Numbered from the stretch's first letter, positions 38,095 to 51,187 are shown. The stretch is DNA of 64,000 bases from Octopus sinensis (GCF_006345805.1 NC_042999.1:93682001-93746000), one strand, 5' to 3'. Numbers and translations: made by a program. The notes: generated by a model not told the origin, from the sequence alone.

Positions 38095-38260
38095 AAAAAA
38101 AATACAAAAGACGAAGACAGGTGTTGTAGACAACAAACAAAAAGGTGTATTAGTTTAATGTTCGGGAGGTGAAAAGGTATTTAACGTTTCGAGCCTAAGC
38201 TCTTCCATAGAATGGAACACCGAAAGAAACAAAGAGAGAAAATAAAGAATGTATAGTGGC
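38095..38260 (-). mobile_element. Dispersed repeat family 2 with a degenerate hammerhead-like motif
   Basis: Homologous to 23790-23950. Minus strand CTATGGA-A-GAGC(TTAG)GCTC-GAAAC-GTT. Confidence 0.5.
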
Positions 38261-38889
38261 TACCGATCTTGACATATATATATGTATATATATATATATA
38301 TATAAAGAGAGAGAGAGAGAGAGAGAGAGGAGAGGGACATATATATAAGGAGAATTCACAATATAAAGAATGTATCGTGGCAAGTGATCTTGACATATAT
38401 ACACATGTGTGTGTGTATACATATATATTTATACACTTATATATATATCCATATGTGTGTCTCTGTATCTATCTATCTATATATATATAAATTAAATTAG
38501 AGATAAAACCACTATTAGGCAAATGAAACAGTCAAAAACATAAACTAAAACATAAAAATAAATATAATTAATATACAAAAATATGAAATATAAAATTTGA
38601 AATTAAATTATTTAAATTTAAAATTTTTTATTTATATTTATAATTTTTAATTTATATTTATAATTTTTTATATATTTTTTAATATTTTTTTAAATTTTAA
38701 ATTTATGAATTTTTAAACTTTTAATATTTATATTTATTAATTTTTTTTTTATATAACTATCAAAAGGTATTAAAAAGTTTAATATAATATAATAAGTAAT
38801 AAGTAATTGTGGTTTTATCTTTTATTTAAGTTATATTTATACAGTGAAATTTGATTTAATCCTAAATCTAATTTTTCCCTGTAAGTTTG

Positions 38890-39115
38890 GATTGCTCCTG
38901 AAATTAAACTGCATGTGGCTGAGCACCAGATACACGTACAATTAACATAGTTCTGAGGGAGATTCAGCGTGACAGAAATTGTGACAAGTCCTGGCCTTTG
39001 AAATACAAGTACTACTCATTTTTTGCCTACTGAGTAGACTGGAAATAAAGTGTTTGGCTCGAGGACTCAACGCGTTGCCGGGAATTTAACCCCAAACCTT
39101 ACGATCCTGAGTTAA
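38890..39115 (-). mobile_element. tRNA-derived SINE (family D), diverged
   Basis: Homology to 28012-28325 and 40880-41185. Confidence 0.65.
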
Positions 39116-39509
39116 GTCTATAAAAGACAATACTAGTATTATTCAAGCTGGTAATATTTAAATTTGAGATTCTACGAAATTCTATACAATTGCAAATATA
39201 CCCATATAAAATTTTTCACAATTTACCTGTTACACCCTGTATGTATAGATGTGTGTATACGTATATATTTATTAATTTTTGCGCGTGTCTCTGTTTATCG
39301 CTCCCTCTCACCGTTCTCTGTCTGTCTGTACAAATATGTATGTGTGTACGTGTGAAGAAGAGTTGTCTTGATGCTTGTAATTAGGCGTCGTGTTAATGAG
39401 ATTTTTGTAAATAACGGTGCGTGTGTCAGCTAAGCAAGCACTCCGTTGAACTCAGCTATAACATATAGAAAGGGCTATTGCAATATACATACATACATAC
39501 ATACATACA

Positions 39510-39541
<32 letters not shown>

Positions 39542-39637
39542 AATATATATATATAAACATATATATATATTAATATATATATTAATATATATAATATATA
39601 TATATATAACATATATATATATATTAATATATATATA

Positions 39638-39670
<33 letters not shown>

Positions 39671-39751
39671 TATAATATATATATATATTATATATATTAT
39701 ATATATATATATAATATATATATATATATAGATATATATATATATATATAT

Positions 39752-39783
<32 letters not shown>

Positions 39784-39789
39784 GTTTAT

Positions 39790-39948
39790 AGTTCTGTATT
39801 TAAGAGATAAGGAATTATATACATTATTTACATTATTTACATTCGACGGATACTTGTTCTCATCTTGTTTGTTGTTAACACAACGTTTCTGCTGACATAC
39901 CGTCCAGCCTTCTTCAGGTGTCTTGGGGGAAATTTCAAACCTCGGTTC
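39790..39948 (-). mobile_element. Headless copy of the hammerhead-bearing repeat
   Basis: Collinear with 17337-17500 (GAACC.AGGTT.GA...CACCTGA.GAAG.CTG...GTGTTAACAACAAACAAG...TCTTAAATA.AG.ACT). Confidence 0.8.
39877..39922 (-). ncRNA. Minimal type I hammerhead ribozyme motif (copy 2)
   Basis: GACAC-CUGAAGA-A-GGCUG(GACGGUAUGU)CAGCA-GAAAC-GUU-GUGUU. Palindromic AACGUU stem III; predicted cleavage between 39882 and 39881. Confidence 0.65.
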
Positions 39949-39976
39949 ACACACGCACCATTATTTACAAAAAATG

Positions 39977-40063
<87 letters not shown>

Positions 40064-40065
40064 CA

Positions 40066-40800
40066 TATAGGGTGCGTTTAAAAACTGTTGTCTAAATTAT
40101 GCAAAATTAAAATAACACTGACATCTCATTTTAATACACGTACTTACCAAACTTACATAAAAAATCTCTTGAAATACTAAAGTGTTAATTTATTCAATCA
40201 AGTAGCTATAGGCCAAAATCACGGCCTGCAGACGACTTCGGAATTTCCTGCAATTCTTTTGGACTGTCTCCTTGCTTAAGCTGGTCGATGGTGCCATAAT
40301 CCTCAGCTTCAGTCATCTTTGGTTTTAGAATGAGTTTTGTTGGTGTCTCGCTCAACATAATAATCCAGGTGTTTTCAGTCAGGTGAGTAAGGTGGCCACA
40401 TGTTAGTGGTGATGTATTCTCAGAAATTGTTTCACAGTCATGACTGGGTTCTCCAGCTTGTGTGGCATAGTGAAGAGTCCTATTGCAAGACATGGGGTCT
40501 TCCAGCAGCTACCCTCATGACCCAGGGTAGCACTACGTCCTCCAAGCAATTAATGTAATCCTTCTCCAGGCAATTACTCTGAGGCCGTGTGCGAAGATGA
40601 ATGGAGGCATAACGTCTCCATCACTAGTGATCACTCGAAATACCGTAATGTTGACTGGATATTTGATTTTTATTTGTCTCGGTACATGTCCTGAGATTGC
40701 ACTGTCCTCAGATTGAGACCCCAATTCTCTGGCAGAGTGAATTACGTCTTGGTGGTGTTTTCCCCACAGATGGTGCCAGACTGGCCCTACTATACTATGT
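40066..40800 (-). mobile_element. Tc1/mariner D,D37D (maT-like) transposon relic, 3' half
   Basis: ITSDGDVMPPFIF and Q*DSSLCHTS...WPPYSPD*KHLDYY, with 37 residues counted between the second and third Asp. Many stops; TIR-like end near 40066. Confidence 0.85.
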
Positions 40801-40879
40801 AGTCGACAAAATAAAAAGAACAAGCAATGTGCATGCTCGAAATAAAAAATAGCAAAGTGCGACAACTTACCCATCGCAC

Positions 40880-41185
40880 CCCGCATATCTGTGTTCCAGT
40901 TAATCCGACAAACGGAACAGTCTTCTCACGAATTTAATCCATTAGTAGCTGAGCATGGCAGAAAGCGGCATGTCCTTAACGTGGTTCTGAAGATTCAGCG
41001 TGACACAGATTGTAACAAGGCTGGCCTTTTGAATTACAGGAGCATCTCATTTTTGCCAGTCGAGGTCAATGGAGAAGCGTAACATATAGCGTGATGCTCA
41101 GAGACACATCACGCCGCCAGGAATCGAAATCATGACCTTACGATCGTAAGCCGAATTCCCTAACCCCTAAGCAACAAACCTTCAT
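40880..41185 (-). mobile_element. tRNA-derived SINE (family D)
   Basis: B-box TTCGATTCC and A-box-like TTAGGGGTTAG on minus; body shared with the 28012 and 38890 copies. Confidence 0.7.
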
Positions 41186-42299
41186 ATATGCATATTTGTA
41201 TGCCTGTGTGCGCTCGTTCGCATGCGCGTTTGTAAGTGCTTGTGTGTGTATAAAGATTACTATAAGGCTTTCAATACTGTTCCTGATCTCAGATTAATTT
41301 CATCATTCGCCCGGATTACGATGTCACAATGTAGAGAAATGATATATAAAGCGTTCACAAGTAAAATTGGAGACTAAAATATATACTTGCATGTAAAGTA
41401 TTCCAAAGCTTCCTCTACATTGATCTTCTGAGTGCGACTAGGAATTTTAACAGACATGCAAAACCAGATACGAATGTCAGATGACATTCAATCGCTATAC
41501 ATATGGACGATCAAAAATACCTCTTTTAGTTGAGAAAGACCTGAAAATCCTAGGTCGGTATTGCCTAAATATTGTTTGTGGAGTTCAATATAATAAACTT
41601 CATATCAACTGATGTAAATGAATTAAACAAACTGCCCGTTAAAAGTACTTATGAATGAGGAAACGAGATAATGTACAATGATAGAAATAATAAATGAAAA
41701 TACGCTTTAGTAGGTAATAACGTAGACATTTTATTTAGCTCAAACAAAACAAAAAAAGTAACTCCCCGAGCTGTTCTTATAAGCTGCCGTTATTTAATAT
41801 TCTTAGTTGAAAGTTAATTAAATTACCAAGTCTATGCATGACAAAACTAATAACAACGGCTACATTTAGATTATTTAACTGAAATGCTGGCAAAGAAATA
41901 TATCATCTACCACGAGTGTGGAAATGAACGAGTTTCCTGCTGAAAAATATACGAGTGCCTACATTGAGACTACACAAATGCAGAGTAATGACTAAATAAA
42001 GGGATTGTGAAGTAAATATGCAAGAAAGAGGAGCAAACGACTGGAATATCAACAAAAAAATGTGGCCAAGATAGAGAAACAAGAGGAAATTATATATTTT
42101 AAAAAGTGGAAATTCTATAGCACGAAGACGTTGTAATGACGTCACACTACATATTCAATAACTGACAAAAGTCACCGGGCACATTTAGAGTGGAATAAGA
42201 CTATTTGAGTGTTAGCAAAGATCACAGGAATAAAAACCGAGAAAGATAGTGTTTTGTATTCAGTTTTGACCAAACGGGTTATATAGTCAAGTATAATAT

Positions 42300-43250
42300 A
42301 ATTTAAGGTTATATACAGTAGAAAGAATGCGGACTCACTAAATCATGAAGACGGAATCATACTCATATAGAATGAATACTTGAATATCAACGACACGCTT
42401 AAAACTATCACTCACAACTTACTGAAACTGCAGAATTACAGAACTAGAAAACGCAATGCCTGCAGAAATTTTCAAAAAGTATAAAAACCACCATATCCAT
42501 GATTTGAAGACAAAACATAAAATAAACAGCATCAAGAATTATTCTCGAAAATGACCGCCGGGAGAAACCTTTTAGTAATTGTTTGTGCTGCTACATAAAT
42601 ATCACTCAAGTAATAACTTATCTTAGAAACGAAGTCATATTCAGGAATGCAATCATGATATACTGCTTGTTTTGTATGCATAAAGGAGTGGATAATTAAT
42701 CCTAAAAAGCCTTAGGTCATAGCACTGGCCAATCAGGGTAATAACAATAACATGCAAATAAAATCAAATAACGATAAATATATGACCCATAATATAGGTT
42801 TGAGACATTTTGGTTTTTACACATACATTCAACAATATTTCACACATACATTCATCAATATTTCACACATACAAACGGCAAACAATCAGAAAAAACGTGT
42901 ACATGTATTATGTACGAGTAGGCTCATGAACACACGAGTGTAACTAATCTGAGGATGAATGTGAAAGTAGAGTAGAGTAAAATGTACCCGTAGGAGATAT
43001 TTTAGTTTATGCTGAATCCTGGTAAGTTAAGGGAAACTAGCGATTACTCATGTTACAAGAAAGCACTAAGAAATCGTTTTTGAATCACATACTATTATCT
43101 TAATAAATATACGATACATTGCTTAAAGCAACAGATTTTAAACTACCACTGAAAATAAGATGGGAGTTACAAAGCTAAAACTCAATAGCATTACTTAGCA
43201 ACAGAACTCCTGGTGTTAAAAACAGGTGTGAAATATTTATTTCCATTTTG
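42300..43250 (+). pseudogene. Decayed LINE RT relic
   Basis: NAMPAEIFKKY resembles the DGIPAE.FK motif at the start of RT; the rest is highly degenerate. Confidence 0.3.
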
Positions 43251-43791
43251 AAATAAGTTTAGATCTTATCCAATACTACATCATAGAATACTAAAAGAAT
43301 AAAACAGCTAATTTAAATTATTTATCTTTAAGACGACAGGCGTTTATATCAAATTTTTGTAACTGTAAAATTTTAGAAGTGCTATCCAAAAAAAAAAAAA
43401 AAAAAATGAGTCACTTCTCGCTGCGGAAGAATTGATTAGAATATAATCCAAATGGAGCAGAAGGCCATTCATGAGTGTACATGTAACAAAAGCAAAACAG
43501 CAATTGATTCTCTTCATTTATTCATGATGTAACAAAAGATGAATGAAAATAGAGCGTGTATTGTTGCTGTTATTCTTTACTTGTAAGTCTTTATTAATTT
43601 GTTTGCTTTTTTATTATTTCTTTTTTTTTTTGCAATGCTGTATCGAAGCACACATTCTGAGCGACTGAAATTTAAGCAGTACTTTAATCTGATTAGCGAA
43701 TTAAATCCAACAAATTTTTTATCTCTTGGCTCTAGTGACATTATCATACACGCTTATGTGTACAAACACATATACGCACGTATACACTAAT

Positions 43792-43881
<90 letters not shown>

Positions 43882-44393
43882 ATATATATATTTGACAGAT
43901 ACGCAAACGCGTATATATATGAATATGTAAGTGTATGGCGAATAATTGTATAATTAAATATCACGAGGAACAATGTAGCGTAATCAACTCAAAATGACTA
44001 GGCTACCGAAGCCAACTGAAAGTGTGCAACGTATCTGTACATCCAACTGCTTCACGGAAGAAAGCAAATACCAGTCAGTTGCAGATGGGAAACTTTTATT
44101 CTAAAAATATGTATTTTTAAACATGAGCACGCACACACCCACACATATCTAAATGTAATTCTTTATTTGGAATTGGGACTCCTATTTAGCTTTTCACAAG
44201 ATCGAAGGATCACTGTGAGCCCTGTAGACATGACGAATGTCCTTGTATTGTACCAAAGAAATCCTTTGAATTTCTGAATTCATTCCGAAAGTATATTCTT
44301 ACTTGCGAGAACTGTATATTGTTGGCAGCTCTCTCTCGCTCTCGTTCTCTCACTCTCATTCTCTCTCTGTCTCTCTCTCTCTCTCTCTATCGC

Positions 44394-44521
<128 letters not shown>

Positions 44522-44584
44522 CATTAGGATTAAATAAAAAAAACAACAAACGGAAAATAGGTCAAGCCTATATATATAATTCAA

Positions 44585-45030
44585 AGAACGTGTAGTAAAT
44601 AAACAAACGAACATATACTAAATACACATTGCGAACAGAAAACAGAGGGGGTCACCAATTCTTTCATCAGTTATCAGTCAAAGAGTTAAATGCATTTTCA
44701 GGCATTCTCGATAATATTGAATATATTCTGGAGGCCCCGACAAGAAATTTGCCGGGAATGAGACCAAAACATAACAAAACGAGAAGAGCTCGACACGAGG
44801 CCGTTAGTGGATGGACGAGGGACAAAGCAATAAACAGAATAAAGGCTTAGGGACACACGAAGACAACAATTAACAATGATAATACGTATACAACAAAAAG
44901 CCTTGGGACTGCAAGTCAAAATTGCTTCCGTGAAGGAGAAATGAAAACTGTCCTAAATAACTGTAGACACTAAAGGAGTACAGCTCGGAGCTCGGAAATT
45001 CGAAAGAGAATGACACCGCCTTAGGACGTT
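44585..45030 (-). repeat. Dispersed repeat, copy 1
   Basis: Homologous to 45305-45575 (direct) and 45610-45740 (inverted). Confidence 0.65.
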
Positions 45031-45304
45031 AACGGTCATGTGATAGTGCGAAGAGAGGAACAGAGAAAGAAAAGGGGAGATGAAGAGAGAGAGAGAGAGA
45101 GAGAGAGAAAGAAAGAAAGAGAAAGAAAATTAAGCGAAGCAAAGTGAAGGAAAGTTTCAGAGTGGTACAAAGGTATTCTCAGGATATTTCTACAATTGGT
45201 TAACAAATTAACGAGTGCGTGCGTTACATAAATAATATTTTCATGATTAAGTAAAAACACAAAGAAACGGAAAATATGACATGCCTATATACATAATGAA
45301 AAAA

Positions 45305-45740
45305 GCAAAACACGTGTAGTAAATAAACAAACGAACACATGCTAAGTAGACAGGCGAACAGAAAAACAGGAGGTCACAAATTCTTTATCACTTGTCGGCT
45401 AGAGGGCCAAACGCAATTTCAGCCATTATCGATAATATTACTTCCACTCTGGAAGAAACTTGCCGGGAATGGGACCAAAACATAGCAAAATGAGACGGGA
45501 TCAAGACGGACGAGGAACAAAATGATAACCAGAATAAAGGCTTAGAACCACTGGAAGACAACAATTAATAATGATCGCGTTGCCTTCGACCACACTGGTG
45601 ACGACTTTCTGAGCTACTCGCTCTACCCCACCATCGTGTCTGTATTACTTTAGGATAGTTTAATTTCTCTTTCGAGTTACACACATTTGTCTTGCCTTAC
45701 ACCCTCAAGGCCTTTTTGTTGTATATGTATTCTCATTATT
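45305..45740. repeat. Dispersed repeat, copy 2, with an inverted segment
   Basis: CGTGTAGTAAATAAACAAACGAACA...CAGAATAAAGGCTTAG direct to copy 1; TTTAGGATAGTTTTAATTTCTC...TTTTTGTTGTATA inverted relative to copy 1. Confidence 0.6.
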
Positions 45741-45949
45741 AAGCTTCTTAAAGCTGTATCAGCGTGCATATATATATGTTAAATAAAATGGGACAACAAA
45801 GCCAAGGCTGTGTGGAATTTTCAGGATATTTATAAAGACAAAGATAGTCTTACAGCTGTTTCTGGGATATTAAGGATATCCTTTCACCAGATATGATGTA
45901 AGATGGTTTAATAGACGGAAAAATTAGCTTTCAATATAAGGTGTATATG

Positions 45950-46275
45950 TTTGGTGTCAGCGCAGGACATCCCGAGACGAGACGGTCTATTGTTTCATCA
46001 AATGTGTCGCAGAATTGTTTTGAAGAACGTTAGCCAGGTAGTTTTGTTTGTGTGAGCAAACTATGATCTTGTGCCGCCAATAGAAAAACGTCAGTTTCTG
46101 CTTTCAGTCTTGAAATTCTCAGCCACTGATGGGTTGTTGCTTGATCGACATCAGCATTTCGACTTCGAAGTATATACTATCCATGCAAACGCTTCTGGCT
46201 TCACTGCTTCTCAAGTTATTACCAAGTTCCCTTTCGAAATTACAAGCTTCTTTGACAATAAAGTGTCGTTTTTTC
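45950..46275 (-). pseudogene. Possible Tx1-like ORF2 linker fragment in inverted orientation
   Basis: Minus-strand open stretch FIVKEACNFERELGNNLRSSEARSVCMDS; weak similarity only. Confidence 0.3.
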
Positions 46276-46284
46276 TTTGAGGAT

Positions 46285-46401
46285 GCAGGGTATATCAGCC
46301 GAAACGTTGTGTTAACGACAAACAAGATGAGGACAAATATCCGTCAGTTGTAAATATTGTAAATAATGTACATAATTCCTAATCTCTTAAATATAGAACT
46401 G
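46285..46401 (+). mobile_element. 5'-truncated copy 3 of the hammerhead-bearing repeat
   Basis: GGGTATATCAGCCGAAACGTTGTGTTAAC...TCTCTTAAATATAGAACTG; the CUGANGA half is missing. Confidence 0.8.
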
Positions 46402-47290
46402 CTTGCTCAAGGTGTTAGCCAGTGGTTGGCGCGTGTTTGCGACATGCTGATTGGAATTGCGCAATAAGCGATATACCATCTGCTCTAGCCACAGCAACCA
46501 ATCCTATGTAATATATTATCCTGAGTGTTGATCAGGAACCTTGAAGAATCTTGCAGAAATTATGCTGACAGTTAAGTAGAACGCTTTTGATAGGGTAGAC
46601 GATAAGAAATGGCGGCTACCCTCACAGTAGTCACTTTCCATCTTCTCCACGTTTGCATCACCACAGAGCACATCACCTGTTTTGTGGCTTGAGTGAATCC
46701 ATTGAATTCATTCAATATTATGCGCTTACTTACCATGACTGTCCAGTTTTGTTTCATTTGCTCGTTGCGAATCACAACTATGAATGCTACCGAGACTGAG
46801 CAGCACACGCTACAAACTGGGATACTGAAGTTATGTACTTCTGACAGCAGTGTCATAATATCTGACGTCAGGCAATATAAGCTGATAAGCAAAGTGCTAA
46901 TAAACTATGAGGCGGTAACAGGAGTCAAAATGAACAAAGAAAAGTTAATGGGCTGACAGCTAAGTACATGGAGAGGCAAGTTCTTGCCGTCTAAAACTTT
47001 CGTGCGGTGACAGATGAATGGATCTATGAACTGCTTGGAGCATGGTTTGGTCCAGATCTTTTAGTAGAGAAGAACTGAGAAAAAGAGTGGTACAGGCTGT
47101 CTGGGCACATCCAGGAATGAGTCGAGACAAATTTATTGCATGCTCGATCAGAGCAGCAGGCACTATCGGAATGAAGTGCTCTATTCTGAGCTTGCACTTT
47201 AAAATTGACTGAGGTCACCTCCAAGAGGTTGCTTGCTTAAGTGTTGAAGGTGACAATATTTTCCTTGAGTTGCCACGCGTTGTCCTCAAA
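46402..47290 (+). pseudogene. Tx1-clade LINE reverse-transcriptase relic
   Basis: LARVCDMLIG, AFDRVD, SVIISD...YEAVTGVKMNKEK..G..L.TWRG and LLGAWFGPDL match Tx1/L1-type RT; frameshifts and stops. Confidence 0.7.
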
Positions 47291-47439
47291 GGTCTTTCTT
47301 CCCGCGATAATTATTTGTTAAAAGTTTGTTATTATCCTGTTTTTTTTTTATTTACCATTTTAACAGGTGAAAATCCTCTGCTGTGAATCTTCCTTGTATT
47401 TCCTCATTTTGTGTTTTGAGAGGCACCTGATGCATAACA

Positions 47440-47615
47440 AAGCATCATCATCACCATCGTGATAGTCGTCGTCATCATAATCGACTTTAGCATCATTATT
47501 AGTACCAGGAGTATTAGTAATCTTACTACTACTATTACTACTACTACTACTACTACTACCACCGCTACTACCACCACCACCACCACCACCAACACCACCA
47601 CCGCCACCACCACCG

Positions 47616-47681
<66 letters not shown>

Positions 47682-47682
47682 T
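47440..47682. repeat. Compound trinucleotide repeat (CAT)/(ACT)n/(ACC)n/(ACT)n
   Basis: Directly visible; explains the poly-S/G/V/T ORFs. Confidence 0.95.
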
Positions 47683-48479
47683 ATCCATATGTCATATTTT
47701 GAGTATCCGAATCCCTTAATCCTGTTAGTGATAATGGATCACGTCTTACCTCGTTTTTGACACACTGCATGTGATTACTAATAGTAATGTGTTTCTGAAT
47801 ATGAAGAAATACAGGAAGCCTGTCAACTGTTTCACTACGCTACTAGTTGTAATTGAATAAAGATTGAATTAAGGCAAAATTCATGATATACACCATATGT
47901 TTAATTTAAAGCTCCCTCGATATTGAAATCTTATTAATTTTCACCAGTCATAATGGATTAATAAACATACGAGACTTTAATATTTAATGGAGATATGAAT
48001 TTACTCTTCATTATATTTCTCATGTCAGTGTGTATGAATAAAATTTTGCAACAATATACTACCTATTAGTTAATTACTAATTAGGTTGATTTCTCAGTAT
48101 ACTATTTATTCGTTGGCAAATTTTGACATAACATTTTCTAAACTTAATTTATTCCATTTCATATCACTGACATTATTGAATTATTTTCCTCATGTCTATT
48201 GAGAGTTTAATGTAAGTTAGCACTCTCCGAGGGAAGTTTGCCACTTCTTATAACGTCTAAAATATGCATTTATTGCTAACGAGGGTTGGTTTTGTATATG
48301 CTTCGCTAACCAGATCCAGTAGAATATGTCTACTAAGATCAACATTTCCACTATGCTTGAAATATCAGATAAAGAAACGATTTTAATTCAATCTAAATTT
48401 CTTGAAATATTTTCTTTTGCTTTCTTTATTAGTTGCCAGGGCATGATAATATCTTATATTTCCATTTCTAAGAAGTATT

Positions 48480-48680
48480 TGTCCAGGTGGTTAGGGTTTT
48501 AAACTTACGATGGCTAGATCGTAGTTCCGATTCCTGAGCTAAATGGTACATTGTGTTCTGGAGTGAAACATTGTATTTCACGCTTCTCCAGTCTATTCAC
48601 TCACACATGATTAACATGATTGTCATATGGATTACGTTTATACCATGGAAATCGGGTAAATGGTATCAAAAGTCATAGTA
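48480..48680 (+). mobile_element. Degenerate tRNA-derived SINE
   Basis: GGTGGTTAGGG, B-box-like GTTCCGATTCC, and an ACATTGTATTTCACGCTTCTCCAGTCTATTCAC core. Confidence 0.5.
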
Positions 48681-50425
48681 CTCGAGACAGAATGTCCAAG
48701 GATTACCTTAATGTAAAAGAATAGTTTAATTCAGTGAGAACTCTGTGTACTCATAATCTAATACAGCTCTATATACTACGCTTATCTCAAACAATCTCAT
48801 TGGCTTACTTCTATTATTCTACATCGTTGATAATTTTGTGTGTATAGTAGTCCTGCGTTTCTTTTTTGTAAAGACAGAATAAATGAAATTCGAAATGACT
48901 TTTTATTCTACCTGAGAAACATAGCGTGCGGAAAAAAATCAACAACGATAAAAATAGTGTCTGTTCTACTATTTACTGCTTTGTATGTGAAACTTGAAAG
49001 AAAACATCCAAGAGAATATATTTAATGGACATTAATTTTTGTCTGTGATTCATCGCCAAAATATTTCGAAAGTATACAAAGCATCCTTTTATAGATGTTC
49101 TGATTGGTACGACATTTATTGGTATTTACATCTATCTCTAACTAATATTCCTAATAGTATTAATGTAATTATTAATGTCCACCAATTCAATATTTATATT
49201 TCAATAAGTTTCTGCTATGTATTATACAACTATAAAATATAACCTTTTTCAATGTCATATATGGAGGAAAATTCACCTCGTATTTGGATTTAATATTTGT
49301 ATCTAAGATCAACAGGGATCGTGTGGGCTACATACTTCTTTGTTTGAATAGATATTATCAAGTATTTATTTACATTGGGTGAAATTATTGGTTAAAATAT
49401 GAAATCAACTGAATTGGACATTGTTACTTTGGCATAGATATATTATGTAACGTGTTATGTTCAGAAACTTGTAACTTTAAAACGTACTAGTGTGTTTGAA
49501 AGGAGATTGTAGAACTGAACGTATCGCCTGTTGGCTTTCATTTATCAGAAAGTAAAGAATTTAGAAAAAAGGTAATGTTATCATTTGGGCTTGATTACGT
49601 TAGTAATAGTGCTTTCGATACATTAAGAGCTAATGGGAAATGTTCTTTTATATTACTTTGTATAGAAATCATTAGTCTTGCGTATATATAAACCAACGAT
49701 TTTGTGAGAAAATATGATGTACAGTAGCATTGCTAAAACTGCAAAGCACATCAACTAAGGAAAAGGGGGGAAACAGTAGCAGTAGCAAAACAGGGAGAAA
49801 AATGAAATGAACTAAGATGAATCTGGCAATGATTGCCACTGTTGCTGCTGCTGCTGCTGATGATGATCATCATCATGATGACGGGGTAGAAGGAGATGAA
49901 AAAGCGGAGGAGGGAGTCTGCACTACGATTATGGTGATGATGAAAGATTGGTTAAAGATAATTTGCAATTAAGATATATGGATCGCTACAAACATATATT
50001 TTAGTATCTGCATAATTCAACACCTCTATGAAACCATGATTCAGTACTCTACTTGTTCTTACAAATCTGTCGTGACTGATGTAGCCAATAAAATTGTAGA
50101 AAAGCAGCAAAAACACATAATCAACTATTTACATGCCGTTTTAATTTTCATGTTTCTGAACAATAATACGATTGTAGCAACAGGGAGGTTCTTTTAAGAA
50201 TTCTACTAAGATTATAATTACTTAGGCTGTTGGTTATTTAAAGTAAAACAAAATTCATATATGAGCAGTATATAGATAACATGTAGAAGATGTAGTTAAC
50301 AACATTAATAGAAACCAGGTTTTGAATGAGATTTTAGTATGTAGAGTTATTTCGCGAATTTTATGTAAAATCTGATCCAGACACATGCAACTATGTTTGT
50401 TCTATAAATTGCACATTATATGCAT

Positions 50426-50541
<116 letters not shown>

Positions 50542-50550
50542 GAAGCAAAG

Positions 50551-50998
50551 GTGTTAACAGTTTTATGAAAATTTAATCCGTGCATACGATCGTTTCGAAC
50601 GGTAATATTAACATGTAAGAAACAGAAAAAATTAAAATTCAATTTAATTATAATTATAATTAAATTAATTACATATTACCGTTAATTAGTGATAGTTCAT
50701 ACACAACTAGACTCAGCGCCACTTAAGCATGTTTTTATCTTTCATCTTTCATAATCATATCATGAATATCCGAACATATTTTATGACACTCCATCTATTC
50801 TTTTATAACAATATGATCTTCTTCAGATGCATTCTTTTTGATGCATTCTTCTTTCGCAGCGAGGAGAACGGTAATATGTAATTAATTTAATCATAATTAT
50901 AATTAAATTAATTTTTAATTTATTCCATGTTTCTTACATGTTATTACCGTTCGAAACGATGGTGTGCATGGATTAAAATTTTATAAAACTTTCAACAG
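50551..50998. mobile_element. Long-TIR MITE-like element (about 130-bp arms, about 185-bp spacer)
   Basis: 50551-50683 and 50867-50998 are inverted (ATCGTTTCGAACGGTAATA / TATTACCGTTCGAAACGAT; TAATTACATATTACCGTT / AACGGTAATATGTAATTA). Confidence 0.8.
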
Positions 50999-51187
50999 CT
51001 TCCCTTTTCCATCTTTAATTGTGTGGTGAGTTTCTATAGGATACGTATTCAATAAACGCTCATAACACACCTTATACTTGTGACATTTTTATATTCGAAA
51101 ATTAGTAAGTTACCAATTTAGTATGAAGAACATCCTTTACTTTAGGAAAGTAAAGGATGAAATAGAACTCAACCTTTCTCACGTTAT

